Part shown: in pieces, positions 1 to 9,187 of the stretch
Layout of the letters: every line of letters begins with the position of its first letter
Position numbering within the stretch: position 1 is the first letter of the stretch
Sequence record: SRR22947725_3552
Strand: one strand, 5' to 3'
DNA length: 63,405 nucleotides
The notes under the pieces: generated by a model
The model's input: only the letters and a program-made list of their open reading frames with translations
What the model was told of the DNA's origin: nothing
Databases searched by the model: none
Program-made: the position numbers and the translations under genes

Positions 1-5
1 CTCTG

Positions 6-884
6 TTGGCGGCAAGCTCAGCTAGTCTGCAAGCTGAAAATGCATTCGAGATACGAAAAAAAGGTCAAAAAGAATTAGTTATCCAAATGGAGGGTAAAGC
101 AGTCGGCAAGTATATGTTCGAGCATGATGCATCCTCAAAGGAAACCTATCACGACACTTACAAACCTTTTTTGCACATCATTGATCCAGAGTCGGGGATT
201 ACTCTCACTAAAGGTCCAGGAGGCCAATTCACGCATCACAGGGGGATTTTTCTGGGGTGGAACCGACTCACAACGAGTGAGGGGAGCTTTGATCTTTGGC
301 ATATGAACAAAGGTACCCAGATTCATCAGGCGTTTACCAGCAAGAGACTGACACCTCATGATGCCTCATTTACTTCCAATATTCACTGGCTTATTCCTGA
401 TGAGAAAATCGTCATGACTGAACTTCGAAAGATGACATTTAGCCACGATGGGAGAAAAAACACCATTGCGGTTGTTGACTTGACTACAAGATTGACACCC
501 AGGGTAGATTTGGAGCTCAAAGGCGACCCAGAACATGCAGGGGTTCAATATCGACCTGCAAACGAAGTAAACAAAAAAGCAACTGCTTACCTTTTCCCTG
601 AAGAAAAACAGAATCCTCGAAAAGACTTCGATTTACCATGGGTCAATCAATACTATGAACTGAACGGCAAGGGGTATTCGGTCACACACATGAACCATCC
701 GGGTAACCCTCGGCCAACGCGTTATTCCGCTTACCGCGATTACGGGCGGTTCGGAGCTTTTTTTACGACGTCACTTGAAGAGGGGGAATCCTTAATCCTC
801 CATTACCGTTTCGTGATCCGCAGAGGTAAACCAGGGACTAGGAAGAGTGTTCAAAACGAATTCGAAAATTGGATCCAACACTGA
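6..884 (+). CDS. DUF6807 / PmoA-like family secreted protein (5' end probably outside the window)
   Basis: KPFLHII, HHRGIFLGW, DLWH and RDYGRFGAF motifs typical of DUF6807; the N-terminus looks like the end of a signal peptide. Confidence 0.65.
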   Translation: MAASSASLQAENAFEIRKKGQKELVIQMEGKAVGKYMFEHDASSKETYHDTYKPFLHIIDPESGITLTKGPGGQFTHHRGIFLGWNRLTTSEGSFDLWHMNKGTQIHQAFTSKRLTPHDASFTSNIHWLIPDEKIVMTELRKMTFSHDGRKNTIAVVDLTTRLTPRVDLELKGDPEHAGVQYRPANEVNKKATAYLFPEEKQNPRKDFDLPWVNQYYELNGKGYSVTHMNHPGNPRPTRYSAYRDYGRFGAFFTTSLEEGESLILHYRFVIRRGKPGTRKSVQNEFENWIQH

Positions 885-889
885 ACATA

Positions 890-2635
890 CTAAACATCAT
901 CAGTATATTCCTTGGTGATCGCAACCTCCCTTCGCAGGAGATCGTGGAGAGTGACGATACCAATGAGGCGCTTGGCACCGGGGTCCACCAGGCCCACCAG
1001 GCCTGTGGCGGATTCAATGAGTGAGTATTGCAATTCGCGAATACTTTGTGAGGGAGCGCATATGATCAGAGGCGTGAGCTCAGGTTCACGTTGCTCATCC
1101 AATGCTTCTTTGGCCTCTTCGCGGGTGATGACTCCTTTGATCTCCTTGTTCACAACTACCGGAAAACGCAGGTAAGGGTGAGCTTCCAATGCCTCCGACA
1201 AAACCTCAGGTGAGAGATCCTTGATGATCACAGGCGAAAAATTGGCAATAGCCGAAACCGGCAACTGCTGCCAGCTTTTCAGGTCACGTGGAGGAATCAC
1301 GTGTTCTAATTGATGCCCATCTTGCTCAAGAAGCTCTTCATAAAAGTTGCATTTACAAAATTTACGACTTACTGCGCTACTTATCAACGCCCCAAGCATC
1401 AAAGCAGGAACCAGATAAAACTCATTGGTCATTTCAAAAACAATCAGGATACCAGTGACCGGTGCCCTGACAACCGCTCCCAGACATGAGCTCATTCCTA
1501 CCACAGCCAGGGTAATCTGAGCTTCTGGGGTGAGATCAACAAACAGACCAAATAAACCTGAGAGGAGCACGCCAGTCATCCCCCCCAGAAATAAAGTTGG
1601 GGAAAAGATGCCACCACAACCTCCCATCCCATAGCAGGCGACCGTGGCTATCAATTTACCAATGAGCAATAAACCCGCAACCTTCCAGCTGAACGAGCTC
1701 GTTAATGCAGCATTCAAATCTTCGTAACCAACCCCAAAGACACCCAGGTGACCTTGTCCCGTTTCAGCTTTGGTAAACAGGAAAATCCAAACCGCAATAC
1801 CCCAGGCAATGAAGGCACCCATAGCTGGCCGTATCCAGACGGGAATCCGATTCATTTTCCTGGTTGTCGCCCTCAGGCCAATGCTGGTCTTCTGAAACAA
1901 CACACCGACCAATGCAGCGGCGGCAGCAACCACGGGAGTTAGCAGATAAATGAGCCAATCCGGCGATCCAACCGCTGATATTTCCAGAGCAGGATTTTTT
2001 TCAGAAAGCGCGTGCACAGCAAAGGCTCCCAGAACCGAAGCCAGAAGCACACTGCCAAGAAACCTGCTGTTGAGGTCCTGCACGATTTCTTCGAGTACAA
2101 ATGTAATGGCAGCCAGAGGAGTGTTGAAAGCAGCAGCCAATCCCGCGGCAGCGCCGGAAGATGCCGCATGCCTGCGGTTCTGCTTGGGCTCTCCAAGTAA
2201 TCCTGCCAAGTTGGAGGCTACTCCGCTTGCCAGTTGAACGCTGGGCCCCTCGCGCCCAAGACTACATCCTCCGCCAATGCTCAAAATACCCGCTATAAAC
2301 TTGACCCAAGTTACCTTCCATGGGACGTGGCCAAAATCACTCCAGAAAGCCAGCTTAAGCTGTGGAATTCCACTCCCGGCTGCATCCTTGCAATAATTCG
2401 ACAGTAAGAGGCCAACGATGAGAGAGGAACCAATGATGGTACAGAAACTGCCTATTAAAAAGGTTCGGGTGGAAAAGGTTGAGAAATGCTCAATCGTATG
2501 CCCAAAGACAAACTGAATTGACTTGTGGAAAGCAACCGCAGCGATGCCAGCTGTGATCCCATAGAGACAAGTCAACACGATGGATCGTGTTTTCTTTGGC
2601 AGCTTTCGCAGATAGCGCGCGAGTGTTTCCGTCAT
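890..2635 (-). CDS. clcA: ClC-family Cl-/H+ antiporter with C-terminal CBS domains
   Basis: GSGIP, GREGP (gating Glu), GIFSP and FVLEE motifs; many TM helices; C-terminal CBS pair (IGIVTLHDLL). Confidence 0.9.
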   Translation of the reverse strand: MTETLARYLRKLPKKTRSIVLTCLYGITAGIAAVAFHKSIQFVFGHTIEHFSTFSTRTFLIGSFCTIIGSSLIVGLLLSNYCKDAAGSGIPQLKLAFWSDFGHVPWKVTWVKFIAGILSIGGGCSLGREGPSVQLASGVASNLAGLLGEPKQNRRHAASSGAAAGLAAAFNTPLAAITFVLEEIVQDLNSRFLGSVLLASVLGAFAVHALSEKNPALEISAVGSPDWLIYLLTPVVAAAAALVGVLFQKTSIGLRATTRKMNRIPVWIRPAMGAFIAWGIAVWIFLFTKAETGQGHLGVFGVGYEDLNAALTSSFSWKVAGLLLIGKLIATVACYGMGGCGGIFSPTLFLGGMTGVLLSGLFGLFVDLTPEAQITLAVVGMSSCLGAVVRAPVTGILIVFEMTNEFYLVPALMLGALISSAVSRKFCKCNFYEELLEQDGHQLEHVIPPRDLKSWQQLPVSAIANFSPVIIKDLSPEVLSEALEAHPYLRFPVVVNKEIKGVITREEAKEALDEQREPELTPLIICAPSQSIRELQYSLIESATGLVGLVDPGAKRLIGIVTLHDLLRREVAITKEYTDDV

Positions 2636-2752
2636 TTCAGGCTCCCCATCATGACTAATCTTCCTGAGGATATCAAGACTGTGCGGTGCAGAAACTGCAA
2701 ATCCTTCATTGATGGCTGATACCGCAGTTGTAACACAAGAAAGAGACCCGCT

Positions 2753-4015
2753 TCACTCCTTGGATTGGGGGATGATTAGCTCAATCGCTGCATCCATCGT
2801 CAGTTGCTGGGTTTCTCTGAATTTCAGATCCTTCAGTTCCAGCATACCTCCCCCAAGCAAGGTGATGGTGTATCGAGCTCCAAGTTCAAGAGCATTTTTG
2901 AATTGTTTGTTACCACCACTCGCCGTCATGGGCCACTCGACAGCAATGCCATTATCGCGCATTGTCTGAATGTGTGGAATGGACTCAAGGCGCAGATCTT
3001 CGTTCAATATTTGGAAATAGACATCAACCGCAGGATTCGGTTTTGGAAAGAGCCCTTTGTCTCTCAACATATCCGCCAGAACAACATCTCCCATTCCAAA
3101 ACCAAGCGAGGGCAGATCAGTTTTGTTTCCTGAGATGAGCTTGATGAGGTGATCATAACGACCTCCACCCGCAATAGCACGAAACTGCCCCTTGCGATCA
3201 AAGGCCTCGAACACGACCCCGGTGTAGTAGGCCAGACCGCGAATCACTCCATAGTCTATTTTCACGTAATCACCCAGGCCACGAGCTTCTAGCTGTTGAA
3301 GGATTATTTGCAAGTCCTCTGTTGGCTGAGCCTTCTGAATGAATGCAGTCACTTCGTCGTAGGAAATACCTATTTGCCCTAACTTTTCAGCACTGATTTC
3401 TGGTGTCTCACGTTCCAATTTGTCGACTATTTGATAAAAAGAATAGGATTTCTCTGGCTCGTCACAACGCGCTTCAAAAAAGCTTTGCCATGCATCTCGG
3501 CTACTCAGTCGAATGACGAAATCTTCATGATCCATCCCAAACGCTCGAAGAACATCAATGACAAGAGCAATCAACTCAGCATCTGCGGCTTTGTTAGCAT
3601 CTCCGATGATGTCTGCATTTAATTGGAAGTGCTCACGCAAACGGCCTTTCTGCTGTCGTTCGTAACGGAATAGCTGGGGCACGGAAAACCACTTCATGGG
3701 TTTTTTGTAATTGCGCTGATGGCATGACACCATGCGCGCAAGGGTAGGAGTCATTTCAGGGCGCATAGCAATCTCCCTGTCCCCTTTGTCTGTGAAATGA
3801 TAAAGCTGATGAACAATTTCATCACCACTCTTGGCCTTGTAAAGTTCAAGTGATTCGAGTGGTGGACCGTCATACTCACGAAATCCATACCTCCGAGCAA
3901 CCTGTCTCCAGATCTCGAAAATATACTGACGTTCCGCCATCCTTCCTAAATCTGGATTCGGAACTGGATCTGGAAAAAAATCCCTGAATCCGGGCAAGCG
4001 TTCGATTTGCTTCAT
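2753..4015 (-). CDS. hisS: Histidine--tRNA ligase
   Basis: LPGFRDF, MRPEMTPTLAR, FRYERQQKGRLREHFQ, RGLAYYTG and GGGRYD motifs; start moved to ATG 4015. Confidence 0.95.
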   Translation of the reverse strand: MKQIERLPGFRDFFPDPVPNPDLGRMAERQYIFEIWRQVARRYGFREYDGPPLESLELYKAKSGDEIVHQLYHFTDKGDREIAMRPEMTPTLARMVSCHQRNYKKPMKWFSVPQLFRYERQQKGRLREHFQLNADIIGDANKAADAELIALVIDVLRAFGMDHEDFVIRLSSRDAWQSFFEARCDEPEKSYSFYQIVDKLERETPEISAEKLGQIGISYDEVTAFIQKAQPTEDLQIILQQLEARGLGDYVKIDYGVIRGLAYYTGVVFEAFDRKGQFRAIAGGGRYDHLIKLISGNKTDLPSLGFGMGDVVLADMLRDKGLFPKPNPAVDVYFQILNEDLRLESIPHIQTMRDNGIAVEWPMTASGGNKQFKNALELGARYTITLLGGGMLELKDLKFRETQQLTMDAAIELIIPQSKE

Positions 4016-4127
4016 CGGGTAAAAAAGATCCGCTTGCAATGCTGAATCTTGGGGGAACCAGCAAGCAAGCGGATCGTAGAATTTATGGGGGGTGATTACC
4101 AACCTGAAAACCAGGCTGTAAGTTGCT

Positions 4128-4421
4128 TTAAGCAGATGGTGTAAGCTGTATCACCGATTCTTTCATCTCTTTGCCAGGCTTGAACTTGACCACGGCACGA
4201 GGGGGGATACGCACGTCTTTTTCAGGTTTATTGGGATTGCGGCCAACCCGTGCTTTACGGACTTTTACTTCGAATACGCCGAAGTTTCGCAGTTCTACGG
4301 TTTCACCTTTCGCGACGGCCTCTGAAATATAATCCAGAGTCCGTTGGACGACGGCAAGGACATCCTGTTGGATAAGTCCTGTTTCATTACTTATTCGGAC
4401 AACTAGGTCGCGTTTTGTCAT
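4128..4421 (-). CDS. HU/IHF family DNA-binding protein
   Basis: MTKRDL...VELRNFGVF...ARVGRNP...VKFKPGKEMK; start at ATG 4421. Confidence 0.93.
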   Translation of the reverse strand: MTKRDLVVRISNETGLIQQDVLAVVQRTLDYISEAVAKGETVELRNFGVFEVKVRKARVGRNPNKPEKDVRIPPRAVVKFKPGKEMKESVIQLTPSA

Positions 4422-4527
4422 ATGTATGCTATTGGTTGCTTGGTTGGGTTGCGTGCAGATTAACCTGCGTATACACGTTAAAACCAAGAAGTTGCATGGT
4501 CAAGGTGGTAAATTTAATAATTTTTGT

Positions 4528-4543
4528 GGGTATAATTATACCC
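4528..4543. promoter_or_regulatory. Perfect 16-bp palindrome GGGTATAATTATACCC (operator or terminator hairpin)
   Basis: Self-complementary; lies just past the NIL gene stop and upstream of the HU gene; contains TATAAT on both strands. Confidence 0.45.
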
Positions 4544-4545
4544 TT

Positions 4546-4887
4546 TTAACTTTCTATCACGTTGATTTCCACCGGTTCTACACTAATACCTAGTTTACTC
4601 ATCCACTTGATGGCTGCTTTTACCTGTTCACGAGCACCAGTCAATTCAAGGCAAACAATGCCAATTTCTTCCGTCACGCTGGCCTGCCTCACATTCGGCA
4701 CTACTTTGAACTTGTGGCCCAGTTCATGAATGATGGGACGCGTGATGAACCTTGGAGGATACATCAACCACAGCCGTGACTGCTCCTCCTGGCCTTTCCT
4801 TCCCTTGAGGGCTGTCTTTTTTTTAGCGTTGCTTGAAGCTTTCTTTTTAGACTTTGCCGCGGTTTTTGCTTTTTTGGGAATTGGCAT
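4546..4887 (-). CDS. NIL (ACT-like) domain protein with a Lys-rich N-terminus
   Basis: RPIIHELGHKFKVVPNVRQASV...GIVCLELTG...GISVEPVE matches standalone NIL proteins. Confidence 0.85.
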   Translation of the reverse strand: MPIPKKAKTAAKSKKKASSNAKKKTALKGRKGQEEQSRLWLMYPPRFITRPIIHELGHKFKVVPNVRQASVTEEIGIVCLELTGAREQVKAAIKWMSKLGISVEPVEINVIES

Positions 4888-4904
4888 AAGAGATCTCTGT
4901 TGAT

Positions 4905-5180
4905 TTACCCTCCCGCAATAGCAGGAATGATACTGATTTCATCGTTGTCCTTGAGGGGTGTGTCCTTATTTTGAAGAAAACGAATATCTTCTTCATTAAC
5001 GTAGACATTGACGAAACGGCGAATTTCACCCGATTCGTCGACGAGGCGCTCCTGGATACCGGGGTAACGTGCCTGGAGCTCTGCAATGGCTTCTCCAACC
5101 GTTGCGGCGGATATCTCAACCAATTCTTCATTGTTGGTGAGTTTCCGCAAAGGAGTGGGTATTCTAACTTTGGTTGACAT
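4905..5180 (-). CDS. MoaD/ThiS/CysO-family ubiquitin-like sulfur carrier protein
   Basis: 91 aa; VRIPTPLR, RRFVNVYVNEEDIRF and C-terminal IIPAIAGG. Confidence 0.93.
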   Translation of the reverse strand: MSTKVRIPTPLRKLTNNEELVEISAATVGEAIAELQARYPGIQERLVDESGEIRRFVNVYVNEEDIRFLQNKDTPLKDNDEISIIPAIAGG

Positions 5181-5223
5181 AGTTTTGTAGTGTTTTTCAG
5201 CGTAATGAAACTTTAGATCTTTC

Positions 5224-6462
5224 TCAATTACTGAGCAGCGCTTCGAATTCTCGGAGGCTGGGTCGAATTTCTTTTGCTCGACCTACATGGTCAGCAACTG
5301 CGTCCAGGGTCTTCAAACCATTGCCAGTGATACAAAGAACGGCAGAATCATCTTTGGGAATTTGACCGTTGGCAATGAGTTTTTTGGCAACACCCACGGT
5401 GACACCACCCGCAGTTTCCGCGAAAATACCCTCGCATTCCGCAAGGAGGCGAATGCCTTCTCGAATCTCATCGTCGGTTACATCGTCTCCATGACCTGCT
5501 GTTTCCCGCATGACCTTCAAAGCATAGAAACCGTCCGCAGGTGTACCGATAGCCAGCGATTTCGCAATCGTGTCAGGTTTAACAGGCTTGAAGAAATCCA
5601 GAGATGATTTGTGAGCAGCCGTGATAGGGGAACACCCTGTCGCTTGAGCTCCATGAATGTGGTATTTGGAGTCATCGACAATCCCCAGCTTGGAGAATTC
5701 CTGGTAACTTTTGTGAATCTTGGTCAGAAGCGAACCAGAGGCCATGCAGACAATTGTGTGCTTGGGGATTTCCCATCCTAATTGTTCCATGATTTCAAAT
5801 CCCATGCTTTTCGACCCCTCGGCATAATAGGGCCTCATGTTGACATTAACGAAGGCCCAACTGTATTTGCCGGCAATTTCCGCACATAGACGATTGACTT
5901 CATCATAATGACCTTTGATGCTGATGACTTCTGGTCCATAGACGAGCGAGTTGACAATCTTTCCTTGCTCGAGATCAGCAGGAATAAAAACGAAGGCCCG
6001 AAGACCGGCTGAGGCCGCATTGGCAGCCACAGAGTTGGCTAGATTACCGGTTGAAGCACAAGCAACGGTATCAAAGCCAAGTTCTTTCGACCGACTCAAA
6101 GCAACACTGACAACGCGGTCCTTGAAGGATAAGGTCGGGTAGTTGACAGTATCGTTCTTAATCCATAATTCGCGAATACCCAGGCGCTTAGCCAAGCGGT
6201 CAGCCTTGACAAGTGGAGTGTAGCCAACTTGAAGTCCAACTGTGGGTTCTTTTGCCACTGGGAGGAGCTCACGATAGCGCCACATGCTGTTGGAACGTCG
6301 ACTGATGACTTCGCGATTCAAACTATTGCGAATCAAGTCGTAATCATACGCCACTTCCAATGGGCCAAAATCAAATTCACAGACATGATTGGCTGTCAAG
6401 GGATACTCCCTACCACACTCTCGGCACTTAAGTGCCTTCATATAACCATTTTCTTCACTCAT
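5224..6462 (-). CDS. thrC: Threonine-synthase-like PLP enzyme (fold type II); possible O-phosphohomoserine sulfhydrylase
   Basis: PTLSFKDR (PLP Lys), CASTGNLA, N-terminal CRECG zinc ribbon, ITGNGLK; start moved to ATG 6462 because the longer ORF runs through the riboswitch leader. Confidence 0.88.
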   Translation of the reverse strand: MSEENGYMKALKCRECGREYPLTANHVCEFDFGPLEVAYDYDLIRNSLNREVISRRSNSMWRYRELLPVAKEPTVGLQVGYTPLVKADRLAKRLGIRELWIKNDTVNYPTLSFKDRVVSVALSRSKELGFDTVACASTGNLANSVAANAASAGLRAFVFIPADLEQGKIVNSLVYGPEVISIKGHYDEVNRLCAEIAGKYSWAFVNVNMRPYYAEGSKSMGFEIMEQLGWEIPKHTIVCMASGSLLTKIHKSYQEFSKLGIVDDSKYHIHGAQATGCSPITAAHKSSLDFFKPVKPDTIAKSLAIGTPADGFYALKVMRETAGHGDDVTDDEIREGIRLLAECEGIFAETAGGVTVGVAKKLIANGQIPKDDSAVLCITGNGLKTLDAVADHVGRAKEIRPSLREFEALLSN

Positions 6463-6579
6463 AAGTCCTAAAAGTTGTTTGAAAACGAGTTGGGGTGCGG
6501 GGAAGAAGGTAGAAGAATCATGCCGCATCTGAGCCATTTCGGGCGTCAAATGGCTCCACTTGGAGGGAGGCAATCAACA

Positions 6580-6706
6580 TCTCATCTTTCCCAAACCTTA
6601 ACAGGTTTAAGCTGGAATTGGCACCTTGACATCGAACAATTGAGGTATTGTTCAATCGGTTGCCGTGGTTTCCTAGGGCCAGTTCCCTCAACCACTCTGA
6701 ATGAGA
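6580..6706 (-). ncRNA. SAM-I (S-box) riboswitch
   Basis: Minus strand reads UCUCAUUCAGAG-UGGUUGAGGGAACUGGCCCUAGGAAACCAC-GGCAACC...AAGGUGCCAAUUCCAG...GGGAAAGAUGAGA; P1 UCUCAU/AUGAGA, P2 kink-turn, P3 and P4 are all recognisable. Confidence 0.95.
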
Positions 6707-6729
6707 CCGTCTTATCAACGGATCGGGAT

Positions 6730-6758
6730 ACAATGATAACTAGTCTTATTTATGTCAA
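6730..6758 (-). promoter_or_regulatory. Candidate sigma70 promoter for the riboswitch operon
   Basis: Perfect TTGACA at 6758-6753 with a weak -10 (CATTGT) 17 nt downstream, ~25 nt ahead of the aptamer. Confidence 0.5.
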
Positions 6759-6823
6759 CTCGTTTTGTAAACAATCTTGGCTTTTTGGACAAAGCAAAGC
6801 AGGATTTGATTACTCGCTGAATT

Positions 6824-7828
6824 ATGAGCACCTACCAGATCAAAACCCAAGTTGTTGGCAGTTACCCCGTGCCCTCGTGGTTAAGGGCCTACCCCACTAC
6901 ACCAAATTTACATGATGCCATGTTAGCGGTGGTGAAGACCCAGGAGCTGGCCGGTATCGATATCATTTCTGATGGTGAATTATCTCGATTTGACGTCAAT
7001 CACCCAGAGACAAATGGCATGATTGAATATTTCATCAGGCCTATGGGAGGCATGAGTGACCAGATAAGCCGCGAAGACTGGCAACAATATCAACAAGCAA
7101 CTGGCATGCAATTTCGTTCCAAGCCTCCGGGTATGGTCACCAGCTCCATCCATGAGGGCACTTTAAACCTTCCTCAAGCTTGGAAATCCATCAAATCATT
7201 AAGTGCCTCCTCGATGATGTTCACGTTAACTTCACCTTACATGTTAGCCAAAACACTCCATGATCGTCATTATGGTGACATCAAGACACTGACGAATGCA
7301 ATCGCTCGGGTGTTGGCTAATCAAGTTGCTGGCATAGACGCCCCCATGGTTCAGATCGATGAAGCAAATTTACCCGGCAATGTAGAGGATGCGAGTTGGG
7401 CACACGAACCCATTAATCTGGTTTTGAATGCTATTCAAGGTGAGAAGGCATTGCATCTTTGCTTTGGGAATTACGGAGGTCAATCTATTCAAAAAGGGTT
7501 TTGGGCACATCTGATCAAGTTTTTCAATCAGCTTGATGTCAATCATCTTGTGTTGGAATTTGCGCGCAGGGGATACGATGAACTGGAGGCTTTCAATGAT
7601 CTCAGGCCAGATATCAAACTTGGGATTGGGGTCGTGGACATCAAAGACAATGAAGTTGAAAGTCAGGATCTGATTGCAAAACGAGTGGATCACGCGACAA
7701 GGATACTTGGTCCTGAACGTATCGGGTGGATCCATCCTGATTGCGGGTTTTGGATGCTTCCCCGAACCGTGGCAGATGAAAAAATGAAGCGTCTTGTTCT
7801 TGGAAGAAACCTTGTCGAAGACAAGTAG
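6824..7828 (+). CDS. Cobalamin-independent methionine synthase II family protein (single-barrel core MetE)
   Basis: VVGSYPVP, QELAGIDIISDGE, QIDE, Zn ligands HLC...VLE...PDCG; 334 aa, lacking the N-terminal barrel of full MetE. Confidence 0.85.
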   Translation: MSTYQIKTQVVGSYPVPSWLRAYPTTPNLHDAMLAVVKTQELAGIDIISDGELSRFDVNHPETNGMIEYFIRPMGGMSDQISREDWQQYQQATGMQFRSKPPGMVTSSIHEGTLNLPQAWKSIKSLSASSMMFTLTSPYMLAKTLHDRHYGDIKTLTNAIARVLANQVAGIDAPMVQIDEANLPGNVEDASWAHEPINLVLNAIQGEKALHLCFGNYGGQSIQKGFWAHLIKFFNQLDVNHLVLEFARRGYDELEAFNDLRPDIKLGIGVVDIKDNEVESQDLIAKRVDHATRILGPERIGWIHPDCGFWMLPRTVADEKMKRLVLGRNLVEDK

Positions 7829-7869
7829 CGAACGCCGCCCATTACCACTTTCTTTCAGCTAACCATTTC

Positions 7870-9129
7870 ATGTCAAAAACCGAAGGTCATTCACACAAGA
7901 TTCGAAGAAGCCATTTGCTTGTTTTACTGGCTGCATTCCTCGGATGGTTATTTGACGGATTTGAGATGGGACTCTTCCCCATAGTTGCCCGCCCTGCCCT
8001 AACGGATATGTACACGGGCTCAGACAATGTGGACGCGTTTGTCGGTCAATGGATGGGGTGGATTACCGCTGTATTTTTATTGGGAGCAGCTGCTGGTGGC
8101 TTTATTTTCGGATGGTTCGGGGATCGTTTCGGCCGCGTCAAAGCAATGTCAGCCAGTATTCTAACCTATTCCATTTTTACGGGATTAGGATTTTTTGCCC
8201 AGGAGCCGTGGCACCTTGCATTATTCCGTTTTCTTGCAGCGCTTGGCATGGGAGGGGAATGGTCTCTGGGTGTTGCATTGGTTATGGAATGCTGGCCTGA
8301 ACGACTCAGACCGCTCATGGCCGGCATTATCGGGGCCGCTGCTAACTTCGGTTTTTTACTGATTGCAGCCGTTAGTAAAGCCAAAGAGGTCACAACGGAT
8401 TCATGGCGATGGATGTGGCTGGTTGGGATCTTACCTGCATTGCTTGTCTTTTTCATTAGGCTCTTCGTACCTGAATCCGAGCGATGGAAAGCCTCGATCT
8501 CCAAGAACAAAAACAATCACCCACTCAAAGAAGTATTCTCCAAGAAACTGATTAAAAACACCTGTCTTGCTATTTGCTTTTCCTCTATTGCATTGATAGG
8601 GACATGGGGATCGGTGCAATGGATTCCAGTGTGGGTTGATCAAATGGTTGGCGACACCCTGCCAACAGCAAAATCAGATGTGGGCATGTTGAGTGCAATG
8701 GGTGCGATTATCGGGTGCCTCGCCGGCCCTTTGATCGGAGGAGGTATTGGAAGGCGCCCAGCCTTTTTCATGCTCTGTTTATCCTCTTTGCTTGTTTGCG
8801 GCGCTCTTTATCGCAGTGGAATAGAATATGGAGCGGCATTCAAATTCCTTGTTTTTTTGACAGGAATGACGACTGCCGCATTTTATGGTTGGTTTCCGCT
8901 CTATTTACCTGAATTATTTCCCACCCGATCCCGTGCTACAGGGCAAGGGGTAGGATATAATTCAGGAAGGATCTTTGCGGCTTTCGGAGCCATTGCAGGA
9001 GGGCAGCTCGTAGCTGCATTTGGTGGCGATTATGCACGGATGGGCAGTATGATTACATTGATTTATCTGGCAGGTATGCTGATGATCTGGGTGGCTCCAG
9101 AAACCAAAGGCAGACCCTTGCCTGAGTGA
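7870..9129 (+). CDS. MFS transporter
   Basis: GWLFDGFE, GWFGDRFGR (motif A), ELFPTRSRATG, PETKG; ~12 TMs. Confidence 0.92.
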   Translation: MSKTEGHSHKIRRSHLLVLLAAFLGWLFDGFEMGLFPIVARPALTDMYTGSDNVDAFVGQWMGWITAVFLLGAAAGGFIFGWFGDRFGRVKAMSASILTYSIFTGLGFFAQEPWHLALFRFLAALGMGGEWSLGVALVMECWPERLRPLMAGIIGAAANFGFLLIAAVSKAKEVTTDSWRWMWLVGILPALLVFFIRLFVPESERWKASISKNKNNHPLKEVFSKKLIKNTCLAICFSSIALIGTWGSVQWIPVWVDQMVGDTLPTAKSDVGMLSAMGAIIGCLAGPLIGGGIGRRPAFFMLCLSSLLVCGALYRSGIEYGAAFKFLVFLTGMTTAAFYGWFPLYLPELFPTRSRATGQGVGYNSGRIFAAFGAIAGGQLVAAFGGDYARMGSMITLIYLAGMLMIWVAPETKGRPLPE

Positions 9130-9187
9130 ACCGACCGAGGAGTGTCCGTGCCGCTTTACATAACATTGACAATGAGCTTACAGGCAG

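Noticed and set aside
890-2635. Fluoride-specific CLC-F exporter
   Set aside because: Has canonical GSGIP/GREGP chloride-type motifs; no fluoride riboswitch seen
6475-6915. 146-aa plus-strand ORF
   Set aside because: Antisense to the SAM riboswitch and overlaps the MetE-like start; no protein-like features
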